Source: a virus
Taxonomy: Duplodnaviria > Heunggongvirae > Uroviricota > Caudoviricetes
Virus record (IMG/VR): IMGVR_UViG_3300028886_000031
Location: 64,001-128,000 of that record
DNA length: 64,000 nt
Direction: 5' to 3' (one strand)
Shown: positions 57,186-64,000 of the stretch, piece by piece
How positions within the stretch are numbered: position 1 is the first letter of the stretch
Layout of the letters: the number at the start of each line of letters is the position of its first letter
Program-made: the position numbers and the translations under genes
The notes under the pieces: generated by a model
Told to the model about the DNA's origin: nothing
Seen by the model: the letters and a program-made list of their open reading frames with translations, nothing else
Database searches by the model: none

Positions 57186-59696
57186 TTAACTAACAGAAAC
57201 TTGTTCTGTAGCTGATCCACCATCAAGAATCAATTCACTAATGTCAATTGTAACACTCTTATTGGAATCTGGAATAATGGTAGCAATATCTGATGTATTA
57301 TACTTAACATTAATTTCTTCTATGACATTAACGTCCGCTCCAGCTTCAATTCCATTAAGTTTTGCCAATGCTGTATCCAAACCGCTAATCTTGCTTGTAG
57401 CAATTGCTGCGTTAGATGCGATATCGTTGTTATCGATTGTACTTTTTCCAGCAAGTGATCCAAGAGTTGGCTTGTTTAGAATATAGGAATCTTTTGAATT
57501 ATCCGTCTCATTCCAATCAGATTGAACGTTAACTTCAGCGTTATTTGCAATTCCATTAAGTTTCGTTAATGCTGCATCCAAACCGCTAATCTTGCTTGTA
57601 GCAATTGCTGCGTTGGAAGCAACATCAGAATCTGTAATGGAACTCTTTCCAGCAAGTGTTCCAAGAGTTGGCTTGTTCTTGATAAATGCGTCTGATGTGT
57701 TGCTTGTCTCATTCCAGTCAGATTGAACGTTAACTTCAGCACCATCAGCAACATTTAACGCAGACAACGCAGCAGATTTTGTAATAGATGCAGTTTTTGT
57801 AGTGCTATCTATTGTCATTGCTGTTCCAGCAAATGTAATAGAGTTAATTACATTACTTCCAGAACCAACTTTGACCCATTTATTAGTGCTACCCATCCAG
57901 CGGTATTCTACGTTGTTGTAAACGCATACATCACCAATTGCTGCCGTCTTTGTCTCACCAGAAATTGTAATCTGCTCAGAAGCGTCAGAAGCTGTTACAT
58001 TCGTGTTTGTTGTTCCAAGAAATGCCTGTTTAGAAGCAGCTAAATCAATAGCATAGTCTGCTACGCCTTTTGCTTCTGCAATAGAGCCAGTACCGCTGCC
58101 AGTTATCTTCGCAAGTTCTGCCTTAGAGATTAAACCAAGATCCGTATCTTCTGTACCATCGCTTGCGTGTGCTAAACGTGAGTCACCAGTAACAACAACT
58201 TCAGAAGCTGTAATATTGCTGTTTGTTAAATTTCCGTTTGAATCTAATGCTGCAAGTTTTCCATTTGTACTTCCGCCAGTAACTTTATCAGCTTTATCAG
58301 AAACATCTGTAATAATGGAGTTCTTGGAAATTCCAGAATCCGCTAGATTGCCATTAGCATCAAGTGTAGCAACATTTCCGGCAGCAGTAGGAACCTTCTT
58401 ATCAGCTTTACTGGATAGACTTGTTCCAAGAAGAGTTTCAATATCTGAACCAGTTGCTGCTGTAGCAGAAGCAATATGACCTTCAGATGTTGTGGTAATC
58501 TTATAGATTGCTGCAGTTGTCTTAGCTGTTGTTAATCTACTAGAGTCTGTAGCATGATCATATGCCGTCTTACCTCTATCACCTCTATAAGCCGTACTAG
58601 ATGTTTCACCAAGAGCTAATGTTTCTGATATCACAACAAGACCAGAATCTCCAGATCCACCGTATCTATATGTCTTATTATCAGTCAAATCAACGTAGAT
58701 CTTTCCAGATTCTGGATTAGTAGCAACCCAAGATGTTCCATTATATGTTACAATCTTATTCTTATTTGATGCTGCACTATTTGGCGAATAGTAAGCCATA
58801 TCCTTGACTGGAGATGCTGGAACTGTACCAGTAATGTTCTGGAGTTCTATAACATCGTCTACATAAGCTGGAAGAAGTGCAGCTGGAATTGTTGGATTAG
58901 TTGTGCCAGCAACAAGTTTATCAATAGAAACGTTTGGAAGATCGTCACCAGTTAAAGCTCTTCTTGAAACTGTTATCTTACCATCTGTTTCAGAGACAGC
59001 TGTTACAAATTGTTTTGAAACAGCAGTATCTGTTACATCTAAGCCGGCAATCTGTTCATCTGTGTAAGCCTTAGCTTCTTGTAGAACCTGTTCACCAACT
59101 TCACTAGCATTTTCAAGTGAAACAAGTTTACCATTAGATTTTGTAAGAGTAATGGTATCTGGACTAAAATAACCATCGCCATAACTTGCACCACTACTAC
59201 TTGTTCCATTATAAAGGACTTGATTAATATTGTCAATATCTGTAACAAGTTCATATCCATTAGGAATATCCTTAACAAGTGCATAGCACAATCTTGTGTC
59301 TTCTGAACATAGAGAATAATAGTTATTGTTATTGTACTCTATATTGTCTACTCCGACAATATAAGGATTTGTTGTACTTATTATAAGTTTCTTATCAAAA
59401 TCAACTTTTACTATAGTCGATTCTGAGTCTATGAATGTTGTTTCTATTATATAAGAATCATCTTTCTGAATCTTATAAATGGTAGGTACTCCATTTATCG
59501 TAACAGAAACAACCTGACCAAAATAGTTCTTTGCTTCAGTACTAGATGTATCACCAGCTTCTACAGCAACTGCTGCAGCCATAAGTGCTTCATTGTAATT
59601 TTCAAAGTAAGCATTAATATCTACTGGTGCAGGGAATGCCATTGCAGCAGCAACGTTAGACTGCACAGATGGAATTGCGTTTTTATAAGTAGCCAT
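57186..59696 (-). CDS. Tail fibre protein
   Basis: LPAYVDDVIE..PESGKIYVD..LALGETSSTAYRGDRGK module, KADK repeats and AEVNVQSDWNET repeats. Confidence 0.85.
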   Translation of the reverse strand: MATYKNAIPSVQSNVAAAMAFPAPVDINAYFENYNEALMAAAVAVEAGDTSSTEAKNYFGQVVSVTINGVPTIYKIQKDDSYIIETTFIDSESTIVKVDFDKKLIISTTNPYIVGVDNIEYNNNNYYSLCSEDTRLCYALVKDIPNGYELVTDIDNINQVLYNGTSSSGASYGDGYFSPDTITLTKSNGKLVSLENASEVGEQVLQEAKAYTDEQIAGLDVTDTAVSKQFVTAVSETDGKITVSRRALTGDDLPNVSIDKLVAGTTNPTIPAALLPAYVDDVIELQNITGTVPASPVKDMAYYSPNSAASNKNKIVTYNGTSWVATNPESGKIYVDLTDNKTYRYGGSGDSGLVVISETLALGETSSTAYRGDRGKTAYDHATDSSRLTTAKTTAAIYKITTTSEGHIASATAATGSDIETLLGTSLSSKADKKVPTAAGNVATLDANGNLADSGISKNSIITDVSDKADKVTGGSTNGKLAALDSNGNLTNSNITASEVVVTGDSRLAHASDGTEDTDLGLISKAELAKITGSGTGSIAEAKGVADYAIDLAASKQAFLGTTNTNVTASDASEQITISGETKTAAIGDVCVYNNVEYRWMGSTNKWVKVGSGSNVINSITFAGTAMTIDSTTKTASITKSAALSALNVADGAEVNVQSDWNETSNTSDAFIKNKPTLGTLAGKSSITDSDVASNAAIATSKISGLDAALTKLNGIANNAEVNVQSDWNETDNSKDSYILNKPTLGSLAGKSTIDNNDIASNAAIATSKISGLDTALAKLNGIEAGADVNVIEEINVKYNTSDIATIIPDSNKSVTIDISELILDGGSATEQVSVS
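57348..57740 (-). repeat. Two-copy in-frame repeat, 201-nt period, in tail fibre
   Basis: AEVNVQSDWNET..NKPTLG.LAGKS.I..ASNAAIATSKISGLD.AL.KLNGI occurs twice. Confidence 0.85.
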
Positions 59697-59719
59697 GTTT
59701 TATATCCTTTTCCTTAAAA

Positions 59720-61279
59720 TTAAGCTGTAATTGAATATGTATCTACCACAAGACCAGCAGGTCTATTCATTACATAAACAGAATATGTAATTGGATTTGC
59801 ACCACTAGCATCCTTAACAGATACATCTTGCTTTACAAACGCCTCTGTAATGTTCTTGTTAGAATCATTTGAATCTTTGATGGATGCAAGATTTGTCTTA
59901 GTACATGTAGCATAAGTTCCTGTGGCACCAGTTGGTTTAGACTTTGGAATTGCTATAACAACAGCTTTCGTACCATTAGCAATTGTTAAGTTTGTATTGC
60001 TAAGAGCACTAAATGTCTTATTTTGAAGACCTCTAATAAGTGCACTATCTATTGTTGGATTAGCTGTCGTTGTATATCCATAGAAAGTATATCTTCCGCC
60101 AGTTACTGTACTTGAATTCTTTCCTGTAATGCTTCCACTACTTCTCTGAACAACTGGGTTGGAATTTGTATTTTTGTTTGTCTTTGCTATAGAACCAGCG
60201 CTATAATTTACAGCAGCCGTGACTTTATAACTTGTAGTATCAGTTACTGTAAATTGAGCAAATGACTCTGATTTTGCCGTTTTTGTTGCACCAGCAGTAT
60301 CTGTTACAGTATATGATGTTACAGATGTACCATCGTTTACACTAGAGTTATTCCATGGAGTATTGTACTTTCCTTGAGTATAGTTAACAGTATAACTTGG
60401 AGTGAATGAAGATCCAGCTTCCTTAACTCCAGCTCCAGTCAATGTAACAGACATAGCTGGTGGTGTTCCCATAGTTGGTTGAACTGTTTGGTCAAGAATA
60501 TCACCAAGAACCTGTTTTAAATTCTTTCCAGCAGCGTTATATGTTCCATCTGAAAGCTTTATGTTTCCAACGTTTGTATAGGATCCAGCTAGATCGAAGT
60601 TAGAATCGAAATATACATTCTCAGCATTGTAATTTCCATCCATAGCTGCCCAAGTGATTCCACTTTGAGTTACTTTAGCTGTAAATGCTATGTACTCATA
60701 TAACTCAGTTGAGTTAATAGCTGTTTTAATAACAAATGTGGATCCAGTTTTTACGGTAGCAACTTCAGTTGGGTGATCTGTAAAATATCTATTAATTGCT
60801 TGCTGATCACTTTCACCAGTTTGTCTTGTTGTTTCGAAATAACTTGTTGTAGCATTAGAAACGGCTTCATCTACATAATCCTTTGTTGTAACTGGATTTG
60901 TACTGCTTAATTGTCCTGTTAATGGGATAGTAATAGAGTTAACTATAGTCCAATCTGTCTCATTTGGAAGTTTTCTTTCTAGAATGATCTTTTGACCACT
61001 TGCTTCAGAATCCCATTCAGTGTTTAACTGATACTCATAAAGAGAATTTTCAAGACCTCTAACATTAGCGACTGGAATTGTTAAATCTTCACTTAACTCA
61101 CTCCAATAGTTTCCACTATCAGATACACCGATTTTAACGATGTATTTATTATTAGTTGAATCTAAGCCAAGAGCTGCTTCACCTTTATAAATCTTAACTT
61201 TAGTAGCGTTTGCTGCACTATTCCAGTTTGTGAGGGTATCTGTTCTTAGCTTAATTCTAGTTTTAATGGTATTTGCCAT
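59720..61279 (-). CDS. Fibre protein with Mtd_N-like N-terminus and Thr-rich beta-sandwich C-terminus
   Basis: IKTRIKLRTDT..NW..GE..VKIG, TTKDYVD and a Thr/Ser-rich Ig-like C-terminal region. Confidence 0.75.
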   Translation of the reverse strand: MANTIKTRIKLRTDTLTNWNSAANATKVKIYKGEAALGLDSTNNKYIVKIGVSDSGNYWSELSEDLTIPVANVRGLENSLYEYQLNTEWDSEASGQKIILERKLPNETDWTIVNSITIPLTGQLSSTNPVTTKDYVDEAVSNATTSYFETTRQTGESDQQAINRYFTDHPTEVATVKTGSTFVIKTAINSTELYEYIAFTAKVTQSGITWAAMDGNYNAENVYFDSNFDLAGSYTNVGNIKLSDGTYNAAGKNLKQVLGDILDQTVQPTMGTPPAMSVTLTGAGVKEAGSSFTPSYTVNYTQGKYNTPWNNSSVNDGTSVTSYTVTDTAGATKTAKSESFAQFTVTDTTSYKVTAAVNYSAGSIAKTNKNTNSNPVVQRSSGSITGKNSSTVTGGRYTFYGYTTTANPTIDSALIRGLQNKTFSALSNTNLTIANGTKAVVIAIPKSKPTGATGTYATCTKTNLASIKDSNDSNKNITEAFVKQDVSVKDASGANPITYSVYVMNRPAGLVVDTYSITA

Positions 61280-61323
61280 ATTCGTATATCCTTTTTTTAT
61301 TAAGAACGTTTAAATTTGTTAAT

Positions 61324-61905
61324 TTATAATACTTGAGTGGATGTTCCACCTTCTATTCCTTTGTTTTCAAGTACGGTTTCGACATCCAGTTGTTGTTGCA
61401 ATTCAGTTATATCATTTTTAATATTAGTTATTTCTGTATTATGTATCTCGATATTGTTGTTTAATTGCTCAATGCTGTTGCTATGGTCTGCTACTGTCAT
61501 TTTAAGTTTCTGTATCTCTTCAGATCCGCCACCAGTAGCATCGTCTAAAATTTCCTTTAAGTTTTTATCACCTATGTAAAATCCTTCTATACCATTAACT
61601 GGATTAATACTATACGTTCCTGGATCATTTCCTTTGTATGCTGGAGGAACTTTTTTATCATGACTCCATACGTATGTGTTTAGATCTTCTTTTATTTTAA
61701 ACCAATTACAGTCATGGTTTCTATTGATTATAGATGGACAACTTCTATACCTACGTGGATCATGTTTAGGTAGTCTTGGATCTATATTTTGAATACATGT
61801 ACAAACCGTATGAACATCGGTTCCTGTATTTTTATCCGGAGGATACTTAAATTTTGGATCATTCCTATAGAAGTAACAGAATTTACAAAAGATGTTTCGT
61901 TTCAT
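61324..61905 (-). CDS. Hypothetical protein (Cys-rich N-terminus, C-terminal coiled coil)
   Basis: CKFC..C.C..CP..C pattern and a heptad-rich tail. Confidence 0.7.
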   Translation of the reverse strand: MKRNIFCKFCYFYRNDPKFKYPPDKNTGTDVHTVCTCIQNIDPRLPKHDPRRYRSCPSIINRNHDCNWFKIKEDLNTYVWSHDKKVPPAYKGNDPGTYSINPVNGIEGFYIGDKNLKEILDDATGGGSEEIQKLKMTVADHSNSIEQLNNNIEIHNTEITNIKNDITELQQQLDVETVLENKGIEGGTSTQVL

Positions 61906-61922
61906 AGTTATTTTAAATTTAT

Positions 61923-63125
61923 TTAAAATTCATCAATTTCTGTTATGCCGGAGATTGGTGTCTGGGTGACTGTGTAATTGTACATAAATTGATATTTTTG
62001 ATCTGGATTAATTTCTACATTGTTAAAAATAACAATTCTAATTTTCTTCTTGGATTCCTTATGAATATTTTCTATTTTGTAATCCTGCCCATGTTTTAAA
62101 ATTCTTCCATCTAAAATAAATTCGAAGTTGTTATAAGTTTCAGGATTCTTATCAATATCCGTTAGAAAAATACATCTATTATTAACATCATCTTCAGTCA
62201 TTCTACCTTTCTGAAGATATGTATTGTTTCTCATTGAATATGGTACGTAAGATCTTTTATCTACTTTAATCATATCTCTTACATTTTCCCATAAGCATAG
62301 ATTATGTTTCTGGATATATTCATAGATTCTATCTTGCATGTGTTTTTCAACAAGACATCTAAAATATCCATCAGATGGTTCCGTGATTGTTTTTAGATAC
62401 TCGAATTTAACGAAATTAAACATATAGCACATAAGATAGTTGTATACCCATATAGATAATGGAGATTGTAATGTATAATAATAGTTCTCATCAAAAGGCT
62501 CTATTAATTCATATTGTCCAGTTCTGTAATAATATAGATATTCACATAATCCAAGCTCCTCCTCTGTTAACCCAAAAACGTTCTCATCTTCAGCGTAAAT
62601 AATAATTTCTGGATCATCTTGTGATTCTGGATCGAAAGGTGGATCGTCATAATGTAATTGGTCTGTTCCGGATGCTACTATATGGGAATTATAATTCAAA
62701 TATTTTGTTGGTTTAATTCCATAAGGATAATCCATATCTGGATCACCGTCTTTTAGATCTAAAGTTGAATTATTCAAATTCATTATATCTTTAAATTTTT
62801 CATCGTCTTTAGCCGCATATACCCAAGATGAATTATAATAGACTTGTACACGTCTAAACATCATTGGTTCGTATATATAAAGTTTTCCAATGTTAACTGT
62901 TCTGTATTTCCATATAAAATGATATCCATCGTCATATGTATTTCCGGATGGATCTGCTGTTTCATTAAACAGAAGTTCTACCACAGAATCTCTGGATCTC
63001 CAAAAATCAGATATTTTTGTTGGACAAGATATATATGAATTATTGAATGAATTATTATATAAAGTTCTATTTGTCCAGAAATTAACCTCTGGTACAATCT
63101 TATGTAGATAATTAAATTCAGCCAT
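61923..63125 (-). CDS. Hypothetical, probably virion-associated protein
   Basis: 400-aa ORF; the C-terminal LDGRIL..G.DY.I resembles baseplate/fibre beta repeats. Confidence 0.7.
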   Translation of the reverse strand: MAEFNYLHKIVPEVNFWTNRTLYNNSFNNSYISCPTKISDFWRSRDSVVELLFNETADPSGNTYDDGYHFIWKYRTVNIGKLYIYEPMMFRRVQVYYNSSWVYAAKDDEKFKDIMNLNNSTLDLKDGDPDMDYPYGIKPTKYLNYNSHIVASGTDQLHYDDPPFDPESQDDPEIIIYAEDENVFGLTEEELGLCEYLYYYRTGQYELIEPFDENYYYTLQSPLSIWVYNYLMCYMFNFVKFEYLKTITEPSDGYFRCLVEKHMQDRIYEYIQKHNLCLWENVRDMIKVDKRSYVPYSMRNNTYLQKGRMTEDDVNNRCIFLTDIDKNPETYNNFEFILDGRILKHGQDYKIENIHKESKKKIRIVIFNNVEINPDQKYQFMYNYTVTQTPISGITEIDEF

Positions 63126-63135
63126 ATATAATTTA

Positions 63136-63324
63136 TTAATGTATTGATTTTTTGAGAGGAGATTCTATTTTAAAGTATCTATGTTTTTTCTTGTTCTTTT
63201 TCTTTTTTGTTTTATCACCCATGTAAACATCTTGAAAGGTTCCAGAATTTGTAGCTAGAGATTCGTAAGATGATAAACCTGCAGAACACATACAATTCTC
63301 ATTGATAAAGGAATATAATTTCAT
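63136..63324 (-). CDS. Small basic hypothetical protein
   Basis: Probable start at 63324 (MKLYSFINE..); the longer start overlaps the AT-rich divergent region. Confidence 0.4.
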   Translation of the reverse strand: MKLYSFINENCMCSAGLSSYESLATNSGTFQDVYMGDKTKKKKNKKKHRYFKIESPLKKSIH

Positions 63325-63402
63325 AATCTTTTTTAATTTTATTTGATTTTTCTTTAAATGTTCTAAAATAATCTCGATTTTTCTATATATATACATTTTT
63401 AG

Positions 63403-63444
63403 ATAAGTCGTTATCAGTCGAAGCGGTTTCGGCTAGCGATTTAT
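63403..63444 (+). promoter_or_regulatory. 5'-leader stem-loop downstream of an AT-rich divergent promoter region
   Basis: ATAAGTCGTT/AGCGATTTAT and AGTCGAAG/TTTCGGCT with several G.U pairs on the + strand, directly before the AAGGA RBS. Confidence 0.5.
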
Positions 63445-63461
63445 TAAAAAGGAAACAAACA

Positions 63462-64000
63462 ATGAAAACAAAAGATCCATTACGTGATTCTCTGACTGCT
63501 GAAGAGAGACAACTCGTTCTCACCCTGGCAAAGGAGAGTCCCTTAATGTCTAGGGCAAGAGCTCTGGACAAAATCAATTCCGAACGGACACGTCTCGGTA
63601 TTGTTAGAATCTCCAAAGGCGGGTGGAATGCCGAGATGAGAGCAGGGGGTCTCGGTAAAGGCTGTCTCAAGGGATATTATATTCCTAAGATCAAGGAAGT
63701 AGTTGTAAAAGTCAGCGAGCAGATTACCCCTGCACCAGCAATGTTTGAAGATGAAAAATATGAATTGACGGAGAACACTAAGCTGGCATTGAAGTGGCTC
63801 TGTGCTGGAGCAACATGGCGTCAGATGAGGAAGCTAACTCAATTCAGTTGGGACACAATAGAGACAGTTAAAACTGAATTGCTGGTTATGGGTATCATAG
63901 ACCAAATAAATGGTCGCTGGCACTTTATCTGGACTTCGGACGAAATCAATTATCGTTTTCCGGAGTGTGCAGGAAACGACATAACATATACTGAAGTAAT
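63462..64000 (+). CDS. Hypothetical protein, 3'-truncated by the window edge (possible HTH)
   Basis: ATG at 63462 after AAGGA, open to the window end (MKTKDPLRDSLTAEERQLVL..); GC-richer. Confidence 0.7.
   Translation, partial: MKTKDPLRDSLTAEERQLVLTLAKESPLMSRARALDKINSERTRLGIVRISKGGWNAEMRAGGLGKGCLKGYYIPKIKEVVVKVSEQITPAPAMFEDEKYELTENTKLALKWLCAGATWRQMRKLTQFSWDTIETVKTELLVMGIIDQINGRWHFIWTSDEINYRFPECAGNDITYTEV

Noticed and set aside
1-64000. Alternative genetic code (stop-codon reassignment)
   Set aside because: Conserved genes are full length and densely packed under the standard code, and TAA, TGA and TAG all end genes.
1-64000. tRNA genes, introns or inteins in the RNAP, ligase or helicase genes
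   Set aside because: No cloverleaf with a T-loop consensus was seen in the intergenic gaps, and the conserved genes are uninterrupted with no intein-like C..HN or LAGLIDADG segments.

Overview
A 64-kb segment of a large, AT-rich tailed (jumbo-type) bacteriophage genome read in the standard genetic code. The + strand block (1-37970) holds DNA metabolism and transcription genes: a split N6-adenine DNA methyltransferase, a GyrA/ParC-like topoisomerase subunit, QueD and FolE (7-deazaguanine precursor pathway), SF2 and Dda/RecD-like helicases, Mre11/Rad50 (SbcD/SbcC), full-length beta' and beta subunits of a multisubunit RNA polymerase, a minimal family-B polymerase-like domain and an ATP-dependent ligase. 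The - strand block (37978-63324) is a tail module: a baseplate-type protein, a 4020-aa tape-measure-like protein, an HExxH peptidase and several tail fibre or receptor-binding proteins. The best candidate for an undescribed system is a co-oriented cluster at about 8.6-14.6 kb that looks like a phage-encoded ubiquitin-like conjugation pathway. It contains a wHTH-fused candidate Ubl ending in ...NKAA, a 574-aa protein with an E2-type HPNV-x3-G-x-VC motif, a ThiF/E1 adenylating enzyme and a JAB/MPN+ isopeptidase, preceded by a papain-like protease and translationally coupled to Mre11. All calls come from reading motifs by eye; no database searches or folding programs were run.
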